From Camelus ferus (taxonomy: Eukaryota), in NCBI RefSeq assembly GCF_009834535.1, contig NC_045697.1, positions 75,580,001 through 75,644,000 of the forward strand: a stretch of 64,000 bases of DNA, read 5' to 3'. The notes beneath the pieces are model-generated. The model worked only from the letters and a program-made list of their open reading frames with translations, had not been told where the DNA came from and did no database searches. A program made the position numbers and the translations under genes. This document shows positions 51,411 through 64,000 of this stretch, in pieces (the first letter of the stretch is position 1; each line of letters opens with the position of its first letter).

Positions 51411-53797
51411 AGTTCCTTACCCACCTGTAACGAGCCTGTGATGTAGGGAGCTGTGACACGTTTGTGAGGCAGTATGGGACATGGCGCAGAGTATCAACTG
51501 CTATGCAGATATTTGCATGTTCCTAATTGAGGTCTGTCAGTCACTCATTTATACATGGATAAGGAATTTTTCCCTCATCTCTCATACAAGCATATTTCTA
51601 ATTAAAAGACAAATCTAGTTAGCCAGAATAGAGGAGTTTTACATAAAAGAAAAGGGTGCCTTTGTGACTAGAATGGCAAAAGGAGACTATAAAAGATAAC
51701 TAAAGCTTTAGAGGTGACATAGAGGTCAGTGGCAAAGCTAGAAGGAAGGTATAAGATGGGTGTTGTATTCTCTAGACCACACTGCCTCCCTGTGGGGGGT
51801 TCTCTGGGCAAGGATGCGCCTTAAGAAAAGCAAAGCCAATTTTACACAATTGTAAACTGGTTATAGCTAGATTTTATGTATTTTTATAACAAAAATCCAC
51901 TCCCAAATACTAGGTTTGAATGGTGCCAGGGGATGACTTGTTTCCTGAAAGACTGATGCCCACTTTCATGGATTTGGAATAGAAACATTTTTGTTCATTT
52001 AAAAATAAGTAGTCCTCAGAATGATCTCTGGAAATGTCAATACCGAAAAATGAAATAACCACAATCTAATTGTTTTGTTTTTACTACTTTGAATAATTAT
52101 ACTTTAAAGGTCTCAATCATTTAATTTACTTATGAGAAATATAAGATTGTAAGATCAATGTCCTAAAAATCAAAAATTGCCAAAAAAAAGACCCTCCATT
52201 TGCTATGTATCAAACGTAACATTTTTACTTAGTTTTTTTAATATTTAATTATAATGATCAAAAAATCAAAATAGTCATCAAAATTAATGATTGCTCCCTG
52301 CTTATACATATCCCCTGAAGTAGAATTTGACAAACGTATAAAACATCAGATGCACTTCTGCAAGTTGAAATGCTTATAACCAGTTTGAGAAACACCTCAA
52401 AGATCAATTTCATTTACCTGGTAGAGAAAGTATTTCACAGAGTGCTACTTTTTGAAAGAAAATCTTATGTTTTAAGCACAAAATATATTTTTCAGGATTT
52501 CAGGATTTATTTCTTTCAATAGTCTTCAAATTTCTAACAGTATACAGGCATCATTCAAAGGCAGAAAATGGTCTTAGTCTGCTGCTTCCACAAAAGGCTT
52601 TGAGCTATTTCCAGAAATAAAATAATTGCTCGTAATCTACCTTAATGCAAATATCTAAAGGCTCTGCTTTTGAGTTTCCGGAATCTCAGAAATATTCAAA
52701 TTCATGACTTGTCTGTTTCCTGACCAGTTGCTTTTGAAGTGGTTGTGGGATCCATGAAATTATTTGAAATTTGAAATGTCTGGCTGTCAGTAAATAGTTG
52801 CTATTACCCTGATGTCTGTGTAGCCGCTCTCTTTCCTGTGACCTTTACCTGTGGTAGCTCTCACTGAGGCCACATATGCACGTATATGTCTGTAGGCTCT
52901 GGTCCATACATACAGTCCTTGTTAGATAATTTACTGTTTAATCTTAATGAGAAAGGAAGAATATCCATGATATTGACACAACTGAATCTGTATTTCTATT
53001 TTCTCGAAGGGTCAAGCTGTTTTATTTACTGCACACACACAAATAAAAGCTTGAGTAATATTTCTTTTTAATGATGGACAATGAAAGTACACATGCCATC
53101 CATATGACATGCACATGATTTCTGCATTTCTGTACTAGTATTATTAAATACTTCAGAGATTAATAACGATGATGGTTTGCATAATGTTTTCTTAGGAGCA
53201 ATCAGAGCCATGAACTTGAGATACGGCAAGAGAAAGGGTTAGCCTGAGGGGAAGATTAGAGGAAAAGAAAGAAGAGAGCTAAGAGAATCTACCTGGTACC
53301 CTCCCAAAAAAGAGAAGCAGATATTTACATATCAAACTTAGGCCCAAAGGGAAAAACAGATTGCTGGCAGAATAAAAAAATGTGGAACAAGAAGTAAAGC
53401 AAGAATATTTTCCATTTTCTCCCCCTTTCTAACCAGGCTTAGAAGGTACGGAGGAGAGAATACTCTTCTGAGTCAGAAAAACTGGACTTGATTTGGAATT
53501 AACTGTGTGATCTTGGCCAAGTCAATGTCCCTGGGACTAAGTTTTCTTATACTTAAAGTAAAATAATAATTAGAAAATTATTAGATCATTAGAATCTAAT
53601 TAATTCTTTGATAATTCCAGAGATGGTTTGGGTTCTAGAAATCCAAAGCATATTCAAGCATAGTTGGAGAAGGCCATTCAATGATTATTCAAGGTGACTA
53701 GGATGAGTCAGTTATAAGCCACTATTCTCACTTTTTTATCAGATACTGAACATGATCTTCACCTTTTAAGGAAATGCCACATACCCCTAAGATAAGA

Positions 53798-53950
53798 CAG
53801 CTGGTCCTCTGTACCCACAGATGTAAAACCTACAGATGTGGAGGGCTGACTGAGCTACACTATTTTATATAAGGGACTTGGGCATTCGTGGATTTCAGCA
53901 TCTTTTCGGGGTCTTGGAACCAATCCCCTGCAGCTACCCAGGGATGGCTG
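53798..53950. mobile_element. MER2-family (TcMar-Tigger) MITE fragment
   Basis: 'ttttatataagggacttgggcattcgtggattt...ggggtcttggaaccaatcccctgcagctacccagggatggctg'. Confidence 0.8.
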
Positions 53951-54039
53951 CTTCACTTCTAGTAGGAATGGAGGAAGGAGATGGGAAGGAAAGAGAAACA
54001 AAAGGAAGCAAAGGAACTAGCTCAGGATAGAAATAACTT

Positions 54040-54165
54040 GTTAGGAGAAGAAGAGAGAGGAGAGAGGAGGGAGAAAGAGGGAGGGAGGGAGAGAGAAAGG
54101 GAGAGAGACAGAGATACCAGCTGGACAAAAGAGAGAAGAGGAGGGAGAATCAGTAAGAGGGAAGG
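54040..54165. repeat. GA-rich polypurine low-complexity tract
   Basis: Nearly pure A/G run 'aggagaagaagagagaggagagaggagggagaaagagggagggagggagagagaaagggagagag'. Confidence 0.85.
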
Positions 54166-54334
54166 CTTCAAGGCATGTAAGTGTGGATTATCTTGGTATG
54201 TGCAGGCAGCAATAAGCTGTTTGGTACTGATAAATCTGACATGTAGGGAGGCAGAGAGGAATGTGTTCTGCACGAAGGAACATTGACTTTATCAGATCGC
54301 TTATAGGACATATCAGGAGGTTTTAAGCAGGTTA

Positions 54335-54570
54335 GCGGGTAAAAGCATGGCCTCTAAAGCCAGATTGCCCAGACCTAATCCTGGCTCTGTCACTTGCTCT
54401 TTGGGTCATTTGGGGGAGATACTTACCATTCTGTGCCTCAGTTTCCTCTTCTGTAGAGTAGGGACAAAAATAGCACCCACGTCATAGGGTTGTGGTGAAA
54501 GTGTGCATGAATTATTGCACACAACGTGCCAGAAACAGTGCCTAGGACACAGAAATCAATAAATACTGGC
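54335..54570 (+). mobile_element. MIR SINE
   Basis: 'aatcctggctctgtcacttgct...ctgtgcctcagtttcctcttctgtag...catagggttgtggtgaa'. Confidence 0.85.
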
Positions 54571-56589
54571 TGGAACTATTGCAGTCATACTTTCAATTTA
54601 GTAAGGTAATTCTGTGGGACATTTCTTAAAGTCCTGTGCATAATAAATGCGGGAGATTAAGATGAAAATATGAGGCAAGTATTACACAAAGTTTGAGAAT
54701 TTTCTGTAAAGAGTATGTATTTTTTCTCACTGTGAATGAATAAAACAAAGTCACAGTGACCTACTGAGACGCAGAGAGTAAATATGTTTGGAGTTGAAAA
54801 TACACAATAGATTAAAAATTATATTAGGTCAACATGACCTAGCCTGAGAAATGTTTTTATATCATCCTACACTAAAGTTATCTCTCGATACCACATTAAT
54901 CATTGGAGATGAAAATAGCTATCTTCTAATTCCTCTGTGTGGGTCCTGGGGTAAATAAGCCAATGAAAAAGAAGACATTGCCTTCTACTGTTCAGTTTCA
55001 GAATAGATAATCCTGTCAGGGGCTCGTCCTCTTCTGTCAGACTGGAACTAAAGTAGGGGAGCCATCTATGAGAACCAGGCCCTGGGAAGAGAATGGGAAT
55101 CCTGTGAAGGATCTACTGTCAACCTGCTGGGGTGATGGTCCAAACCCAAACCCATTCTTCTTGCTTCCCCTGGCCAAGAAATACAGGAACATGCACAGTG
55201 CAGCCATGGACTGGAAAGGAACTTCAGGCCTGATTAAAGGAGACCTGCTCCATAAAGTAATCACAGAGACGAAACAAGTTAACATAGGCAAAGTGTTTAA
55301 GAGCACTGTTTATATGTTTAAGAGCATATAATAAGTGTTGCATAATTAGTTGACATTATTGATTAGATTTGAGGAATTAAGGAGAGGAAATAAAATTCTA
55401 GGTGGACTCCCATGTCTCTGGCTTAAGTGATGGGATAAATATTGTTGTCACGCAAGACAGAAATACACAGGAAAAAGCAGGCTGAGGCAAGGGGATTAAA
55501 TTGACTATTGAATTTGAGGTACATAAGTGACATGTTGTTGCAGATACCCAGTAACAGCTAAAGAACTGCCTCTAGGTAACTTACTGGAGTCTAAAAGCAA
55601 GGATTAGCTGTATATTGTCAAAGAGAATGAAAGATGCTTCAGTGGTAGCAACAATGCAAGTTGGAAGCCAAAGTGGTAGCTAGTTCTGTTCCTGGGAAAG
55701 AAATCCCTTGTAACTTCTTACCAAAACATCCATGCAGACATAGAAAGAGAAAAACCTCTCAGTGTCTTAAAGTAGGCCAAATAATCAACCGAATACTAGA
55801 ATCTGGGAAGTACATCTGCTTTAAGCTGAACACACAGAATAGACCACCTGTGCCAAATCTCCCTTTGCCTGCTTGCCCAAAAGTCCATAGGGAGACCCTT
55901 CATCTCTTTCCCTGACTATACAGAAAATTCAAAATCACAAAATTGGAAAGCCACCAATGTTGATTTTTAAAGACAAGCAAACTACTGGTCTCTTACCACC
56001 TCTACCAGTTCCTCACTCTTCTACAATTTAATGAAGAAACTTCCAGGAATGCACTGAGAGAGAAAGAGAGGGAAGGAGAGTTTATTTAGAAGTAGTGGTG
56101 ATGTATTGCCTTCCAGGAGTCAAAGTCTTAGAGGCAGTGAGTGCATAGAATTGTAGGTTTGTTTCCTCCAAGTACTTGAGCTAGGAGGTAAATGAAGACA
56201 CTATTTCAGCAAAACCAAATGGAGTTAACCAAAGGTTTTCAAGCCCTAGGAAATGGGCCACCTGTGAATTTGCCTTCAGCACATGAAGAAGATTCCTCTA
56301 GAACCATGGGTAGAGAATAGGGGAGAGGGCAACTCACACACCTTGCTTTCTGAAACACCAAGTATGGACACATTTGTCTTTTGAGAAGGTAGGAAAAAAA
56401 CAGAGATCCTTTTATGGGAAAAACATTCAGACTGTAGTTTTTAATGAAAACTCAGAGGAACCATCATGTAGGAGGCTGAAAACAGTTTAGTTTGGTATCC
56501 TTAGCGGAATATAGGGAAAAATTGTCTCTAAGAGACAAGAAGAGAAAGTAAATACACTGAGATGGAAAGGCAATAAAATAAATGTGAAA

Positions 56590-57280
56590 CAAGGATGGAT
56601 GGATAGAAAGAAATTAAAGTTCAATTATATAATTTACATTCTTATAGAAGGTAGTAATATATTATTGAAATTGTGAAAAATTGTATCAGCGCTATGAAGG
56701 ACAAATTTTAAAATGCTCTACTAGAGCTTAGACTCAAAAAGACAAAGAAATAACGATAAAAGAGAGAATGGCATATCCAAGGAAAATGAAGATTTAAGGT
56801 TAAGAATTTTAGCATCCTAAACAAAGAGATTATAATAACTGGATCCAACAGAATAATTAAAGACATAATTGGAAAAAAAAAAAACTTTGTTGACGTGAAA
56901 ATAGAACACCTGAGTTCTCATTAAGAGACACCATATTCTTGTAAACTCAATAAAAGGTCATAGCTAAAATTATTTAACAAAATATTTGAATGGCAGAGAA
57001 AAATTAAAATGTCTACAAGGATGGAGAGGATATTTTTTCAAAAGAATAAGATTTAGGTAGTCATTAGACTTATCAAGTTAAAACAGTAAATGCAAAAAAA
57101 AAAAAAAAAAAAAAAAAACCAATGAGGAGAAAGATGGTGCACCAAAATTTTTATACTCAACCACTGTGCAAAGGCAACAAAATTTGTTCTCAAGAATACA
57201 ACAGCTTAAAAGGACACTATTCAAAGATTTTCTTGGAAAACCTTAGAGACTTCTTCCAGCAAATAAGAGTTAATCAAAAA
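56590..57280 (+). mobile_element. Ancient L1 ORF1-like / HAL1 relic
   Basis: A-rich decayed sequence with 'aataattaaagacataatt.gaaaa..acttt', 'cattagacttatcaa' and 'aaaattttta tactcaacca', in the order expected for ORF1. Confidence 0.5.
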
Positions 57281-58164
57281 GAGATAATCACTGTTGAGGA
57301 GGTTTTCTGTGTTCTTCTGACTCAGGCATCTAGTTGGATGATGCCTGGTCAGGTGGATTATGCAGCCTGGAGAGGAAAGCTCAGCTCTGCTTCCTTCAGC
57401 TTCTACCTGCTGCTTCCTCTCCTTCACCAGATCAGGAAGTCAAGCTTGTGCCCCCTCCCCTTTACCCCAGAGCTGACATAGAACCTACTACCATTTTTGA
57501 TGGCTCATAAAGCAACAACTAATTCTATTCTGTTAGCACCTTGCAAATAATGAAGAAAATATTTAAAGGATTAGTCAGTATGCTGAGAGAATAAATAAAA
57601 TATTTTTTTACACCCCTGCAAAAAAACAGCATAGGACAACATAATGATTATTTCCATTGCAAAGGAACTTGAATGATGATAACATTAAAACCCACATTGT
57701 CCAGACAAAATTGTTGGGATTTTTTCCATTGTAAAAGATGAACAGAACTCCTGCTGCAGATGTTAACTTTCCAAGCATTTTTTCGTGCCATCTCATAACA
57801 GTAAGGAAATGGGAAAATGCTAATTCTGACTGTCTTTGGGGTATGAGATATATTTCTCTGCTTCTCAGTTTTCCTACAGTGATCCTCATAGATAAATAAA
57901 TTTAAATAGCGTAAAGACCTTTGTTCAAAATCATTTAATCACACATATTTTAAAATATTTATATCAAATAGACTGCATTAGAAATAATGTTTATATCTGG
58001 GTTATAGGACTATGGATATGTATGGTCTTCCTTTTATTCTGAACTTTCCAAATTATCCATAATGATATTATAAAGTATTACATAATCGTATGATATATAA
58101 CTGTATTCTATAATAATTACTTTTTATTGAAATGAGAAACATTTCATTTTAAAACTGAAGGGAA

Positions 58165-58302
58165 GGGGGGAAGGTATAGCTCAGTGGTAGAGTGCGTGCT
58201 TAGCATGCACAAGATCCTCAGTTCAGTCTGCAGTACCTCCATTTAAAATAAATAAATAAATAAACCTAATTACCTACCCACCCACCAACCAAAAAATAAA
58301 AC
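58165..58302 (+). mobile_element. Camelid tRNA-Ala-derived SINE (Vic-1-like), full length
   Basis: 'ggtatagctcagtggtagagtgcgtgcttagcatgcacaagatcctcagttcagtc' has an A box and a decayed B box, followed by a (TAAA)n tail. Perfect 14-bp TSD AAAACTGAAGGGAA at 58151-58164 and 58303-58316. Confidence 0.92.
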
Positions 58303-58683
58303 AAAACTGAAGGGAATGATCAATAATATAATGTTGAGAACTCACCAGAGTCCACTTTAGGAATTTAGATAATCATGAATGACTTTAGTAGAAGATGACT
58401 AGTAACAAGTCAAAGAAATCAAAGATAGAGAAAAATCAAAGGAGTGGAAGTAGTAATCAAATTATTAAATACTACACAGGTCAAGTATGTCAAGACTTAG
58501 AAACTTCCATTGGACTTGACAAGACACGAGCTGTTTCAGTGGAATGGTGGAGGCAGAAACCAAACAGAATAGTTTAAAAAGTGAAAGGAAAGAGGAAGGC
58601 AGGAACCTTGAAGAGTGTCAGAGAGGCTGAGCACTAGTGGTAGCTGTCATAGGGCGAAAGGGTCGTTCTCATCCAAAGCAGCT

Positions 58684-59369
58684 AAAGCAGTATATTGTTG
58701 GTTTCCTCTGCAACTATCATTCCTCACTTACTCTTTATAAATCATCCCAATTTTTTTTGGAAATCCATGTAGTTTCAATGAATCTTACTCTATATTTTTC
58801 TACAGAGTTGACTCCCATGGCCCTAGACTAACCCAATCAAGGCATTCTAGCCCCCTGACATTGATTGGTTCATGGGTAGAGACAGGACCCTGTGGGACCT
58901 TGATTATCCCAGTGTTTGGACCCTACACCAGTCCAAACCTAGGGATAATCAAGAGTTTTGCTAGGAATTCTAGGACACAGATGCCAGTCCACCACTTGTC
59001 ACCACTCTGAGAGCCACATTATTCTTTGTGAATTGTGCCCCCTGGAGTAGTGTGGCACACTGGCCCTGACGAGTGTTATCTCCTGCTCTGGAAAAATGTG
59101 CTGTGATGATACAAGGTCTAGAAGCTGAGGCCACCTTGTGCACGAAGAGAGGATGAAGACAAAGCCAATATGTGAACAAATCTGAGTGACAAGAGGACAA
59201 ACTGAGTAAATTGCAGAGAAACACAACAAGGGCCCAGACCCAACTTCCCTGTAGCCTGTCCTACCTCTGGACTTATTCAGTAACATGCGCCAATAAATCT
59301 CTTTTATTTAATAAGCCAGTTAGAGTTGAGTTTTTTCTTATGTGCAGTAAAAATTATCCTTATGATACA
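58684..59369 (+). mobile_element. Old MaLR solo LTR (MLT1H-J-like) with internal insertions
   Basis: 'ctaacccaatcaaggcattc..ccc..gattggttcatgg' and 3' end 'ctggacttattcagtaacatgcgccaataaatctc...aagccagttagagttgag...tgataca'. Confidence 0.8.
59000..59068 (-). mobile_element. Possible MER91-like hAT-Tip100 fragment inside the MLT1
   Basis: The reverse complement begins 'cagggccagtgtgcc...aggggcacaattcac'. Confidence 0.35.
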
Positions 59370-62300
59370 ATACCCTGCTTCCTTGCTTGTCCTTACTGCC
59401 AACACTCTCTACAAAGGCTCTGTTTCATTTTTTTTGAACAAGCAAGCAAAGTTACTCACATTCCCAGAAAAAGAAAGGCATTATTTAATAAATAGGACCT
59501 CTAAGGAATTTACCCATGCCTGGCCCAATAAGGAAGGTAAGGCAGGCCTTTAAAGCCCAATCTGACTTCACAACAAGCCGGGTCAGCAGGCATCCTGTGG
59601 TCTGCTGCTGCTCCTTCCTTTCACGTACACAGTCCCCGGGGAGATGTCCCGGTGGGAGGCCCCACAAGCTCCTGTTCTCCACATTTCCACCAGAGTAAGT
59701 TCTTGCATGTGTCTCACTTAATGTATTTCTTAGCTTGCTAGTAATAAACTTTCCATCTCTCCTGCGTATCTATTATTTCTGTGTACTATTTTACCTGGTC
59801 TAAGAAAGTGGAAAATCCTCTACGTTAATCTTGAAAACAGGCTTTCATTTCCTGTTTCTTTCCATTACACCACCATACACAGATGAGTGTCTTTTCCACC
59901 AGACAAAATTTACTGAATACGTCCCAGTTTGAAGAATTGAAAAGAAAGGAAAATACACGTTAACGCAAAAAGAATTTAAGAAAAAAGGCAACCTTCAAAC
60001 CCAACAAATAAGACTCTCTAGGCCACCACGTTCTGGAGGGCATTAGTGTAATCCTCTCAATTCAACTTCTGCCTTTAATCATACTTTGTCTAATGTGAGG
60101 TTCTCCCCTCATGTGAAAGTTGTTAAGTACGTACAAGGTAAAAGCAGCCCATATTTTCTTGATCCTAATGCTTCCCAGTAGTCCAATTTGCAGGCACACG
60201 AGGCCATGTTCAACGTGAAGTACAGCATAATGATTCTCTCCCCTCTGAGAAGACAAAATTACTTCAAAGGAGTGCTACTCAGACACGGGGGTAAACTTCA
60301 GCTTGATTTCTAGCTATATGGCCCTTTATATATACCAAACTCCTCTCCTAAACACACACACACACATACAGACACACACACTAACTAAACACTGAACGTC
60401 AAGAAGTTTTAATCTGGATCCAGAAAAATAACACTTAAAAAGACATAGGAGATAGAAGAAATAGGGGAGATAGAAGAAACAGGGAAAATAACGTGTCACA
60501 CATGTATTCATATCCAAAGAGAATTCTACTCCTGAATCTGTTCTGAAGAAATCTGAGCTGAAGAAATTATATTCTATGGCCTTCAGAAATGCTGTTACCA
60601 GCTGCACTGCTAAGTAGTCTACTGGCTATCAGGTAGGTCTCAGGAGAATGACCAAGAAATAAAAATGCACAGTGAAGAATTTCTAAATTGCTATTGTTGA
60701 AAAGACACAAAAATGATTAACTTGCTCATACTTACTTCAGTATCACTCTTGGAGTATTAGAACTTTTGTTTTTATCATACTGCACACGTTCCTTTAATCA
60801 TGTATTTGCATATTTGACTACTGAAGTCCATTTTACAAAATGTGCTCTTCTACAGAAATATTGAGGACTATACAAATCAAATCTATTTCATTGAGCATGT
60901 GATGCCAGACCTCTGGGTGAATTACTCTGAATCCCATAAAACAGACTCAATGTTAGCAATAAAATACAGGAAAATATACTTTTTTATATTTTAAAAATAG
61001 TTGTCAAGAAGCAAATAGGCTTGCCCAAAGGGATATTAGTTTTCAATTCCAACTCCATATGAAAGGCCGTTTTCTCTCTGGAAATACTGGAATGTAAGAT
61101 ACGTGTTCAATTACTGAATGTGGAGAACATTGGAAACAATTTGGAAATAGGACAGAGAGCTCAGATAAACGACTCCTTTAATAAAATTTCTTTCTTTATC
61201 TATTCACTGAGCACTCAAACTATGTGCATACAGGGCTTCAGTAAAAAAATGAGAAGTAGCCATTAAGTTAGATAACTTCCTCCTGTTATCCAGGAAAATA
61301 TATTTTAATTGTGATTTACAAATTTATCTCTGGGGTAAGACCAAACTATTTAAAATCTTTTAAAATATTATTTATATTTGTGAGAATCTAGGGACTCACT
61401 AACTTTAACAATACTAAGAACCGTAAAAAAAACTATAAATATTTCAGAAAAATAAACTGTTGGAGAGCTGATTAAGTTGTCCAAAGAAGTAAAGTCTTCA
61501 TTATCCATCATATTTAACATTAGCTACTGGTTAGTGACCTTTTCTTTCCCCAGAACATTAATTACATATAACCTATGCTCTTAAGAAAATTATATGTGAC
61601 TCAAACATGAAATTCTATTGGTTTGTACCAAAGATGTTTTCTATCCTTTGACACCTAGTAAAGCACATTTCAAAGCCTTTTTTTAATAGCTAGTTGTCTC
61701 TAAAATATTAAATAATTTGCTATTCATGGAATTCATGAAAAGAAACCAGTTTCAATGCATCCATATGGTGTTGTTGGGAATCCCCATACGCATGCACAGG
61801 CGGTTCAACCACCTAACATTAACCCTAATAGCAAATCAGTAAACACATTTCATTCAACTGGGAAACTTAGGAAGCCAGAATTTTCTAAATTATTTTATGT
61901 ATGATTTTTGATTATTAATTGATGAACCTAAAATCAGTATCTGCTTATTTCAACTGGCAGTGACAAACTGATTCTCTGCAGAAGAACCTGGGTGCATCAT
62001 TAAGAAAATAAAAGATAACACTGATACTTTGTAAAAATTATCAGCCAACAAATTATACTGGTATTTGCCATCTTAGTTGGCCTTGCTTGCTTTAGAATAA
62101 CCTAGAGTTTTCCAGTTCCACTGAAAAATAATTAATATCAAAGTATGTCTTGTCCCCATGGTTTGGAGACTGTTTTTATTTTAAAAAAGCTAAAATATGC
62201 AAGTTTTGTGTCTTCTTGTCAAGTTGGAGAGAGAATAAAAGAAGTAACAGAACTGAAAGTCATAGGCCTAAAATACGTATGTGTGTCTAGTCTAAGCTGC

Positions 62301-63419
62301 TTAAATCTATACACTTGAATCTATCTGCAAAGAATAAAATTCTAGTCCTAAAGAAACAAGCCAAAAGATGTCACTGATGTAGAAACAACACTTATGACAA
62401 TTTTCAAGGTCAGTACTTCAAGAAGAAAGTTTGGAAGAATGTATGTTCAAGATCATTCATTGCAGCATTGTTTTTAACAGAAAAGACATATTTGCTAAGC
62501 AGTTACGGGTGTTGATTTTTGTCATATGCCCTCTTGTCATTCATGGGGATGATCATATGATTTTTTATCTTCAATTTGTGTAATGAATTATATCAGTAAA
62601 TTTTCAAAAATTAAAAAATTGTTACATTCTTGAAATTAACTACACATTGTTCAGATTTGTTATTTTACTGTGAAGATGGATTTAATTGCTAATATAATGG
62701 TGTCATACACAGGTGAGTAAGAAATATCTTATTTACTTTCTTTAAATCTGCTTAACTTTTACTCCCTGTCCTCATCTGCAGTCCCACCACCCACCCCTAA
62801 ATAGTATAAAGGGCTTGGAGCCTTATGGAGGATCAAGGCTTTGAGGTGAGCTGGTTAAACATCAAACATCACTCTGCACTGTTCCCACCAAGGCACCCTG
62901 ATCTCCCTCACATACTACCTGTAGGTCTGGCAGTTGTTCTGCTGCTCTTCTACCATGTTTAATGTGTAGAACAATGGCAAGCCCAGACAGTACCCAGGTG
63001 CTCCCCAGAGCCAAGAACAGAGGCAGACCTCTGTTGTTCATGTAACCCGCGTAGTTCCATTCCCCCTTCCCAGACCCCTGCATTCTTTTAATGATAGTCT
63101 GGGGAGAATCCCTCCCCATCTCTGAGTTCCTCTCAGATGCCCTCCTTTCCATCTCTCACTCCAAGTCCCGTAACATATCTTCTCTTTAGGCCCTGCCTTT
63201 TAGAAACCAGATCTGAAAAGGAAGTATCTTATAGGCAATGCTAGTTTTCCATACTGCCACAAACTTTCCCTGAGGCAAACAAGTCCAGAGCTGGCCACCT
63301 GCTCTATTACAAAGGAAAAAATGAGGAATAAAAACATAAATTAAAATTTTAAAAATTAAATAAATTCAATTATTTTTAAAAGTCTCCAGTCACACTAATA
63401 TTTTATCTAATATACTGTT

Positions 63420-63850
63420 ATAGATATTCATAATGGAGACTAATCTATGGTTTCCTTTTATGTGATATCTTTGTATAATTTTGGTAGCACTGTTATAATA
63501 GATTTCTTAAAAAAAAATTAGAAACATACCTACTGTCTCTGGACTCACAGTAATCTCAATAGACTTGCAATTGTAATTTCTTTGAGAGTATGTTAACATG
63601 AACCTATGAAACCATCTGCACTAGGGGAAGTTGATTTTTGAAATTTTATCAATATATTCCTTGATAATGGTCTATTTAACTGTTCTATCTCTTTCTGAAC
63701 AAGATTGGTAATTTTTATTTTCCTGGAAACATTCATTTCTTTCACATTTACAAATATATTTGAAGAGGTTTCAAATAAGTTATTCTCTTAAAATTATTTT
63801 AATTTCCTCTACAGTATTCTCCCTCTTATTTCTAATTTTGTGGATTTGTG
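63420..63850 (-). mobile_element. Old LINE-1 ORF2 fragment
   Basis: 'atattcataatggagactaatcta..tttcct...cctatgaaaccatctg...ttctccctcttatttctaattttg'. Confidence 0.6.
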
Positions 63851-64000
63851 CAAAAAAAAAAAATTTCTGAATGAATGAAACATAACAATTTACAGAAAGA
63901 AAAAGAAAATTCACAAGCAGATCTTAGGGAAAAATGGAGGAAAAAAACCAAATTCTGAATGAACTTCCTCATATGTCTTCTAAATTGACAAATGGCACCA

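Noticed and set aside
57094..57118. 25-nt poly(A) run as a possible retrocopy tail
   Set aside because: No adjacent polyA signal, mRNA body or TSD. It looks like a homopolymer expansion within an L1/HAL1 relic.
58165..58240. tRNA-Ala-like sequence as a tRNA gene
   Set aside because: The T-arm/B box is decayed, and the A-rich tail and TSD show it is a SINE.
62862..63152. 96-aa minus-strand ORF with a hydrophobic stretch
   Set aside because: No recognisable homology or exon context. It sits between old L1 fragments.
1..64000. Prokaryote-type systems (CRISPR arrays, operons, defence loci)
   Set aside because: The sequence is mammalian and repeat-rich, with no regularly spaced repeat-spacer array or dense long ORFs.

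Overview
This is AT-rich, CpG-depleted mammalian non-coding DNA (intergenic or deep intronic). It is most likely from a camelid, because it carries two tRNA-Ala-derived Vic-1-type SINEs with target-site duplications (TSDs) and I saw no Alu, B1, CAN, Bov-A or PRE-1 elements. I could not identify a host protein-coding exon, RNA gene or CpG island. The ORFs in the track are either transposon remnants (L1 ORF2, Tigger1 transposase, ERVL pol) or unrecognisable and probably chance. Much of the window is interspersed repeats: L1, L2, MIR, MaLR and ERVL LTRs, an ERVL gag-pro-pol relic, a near full-length Tigger1, a piggyBac (Looper-like) relic and several MITEs. Subfamily names come from my recollection of consensus sequences and most boundaries are approximate, so they need RepeatMasker/Dfam confirmation. 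I found no convincing new biological system. The most unusual structures are (1) a 22-bp-stem, pre-miRNA-sized hairpin apparently made by a local inverted duplication inside an MLT1 LTR (58899-58953), with a plausible donor-intron-exon-donor unit downstream, and (2) a piggyBac relic apparently split into oppositely oriented pieces (383-1665).
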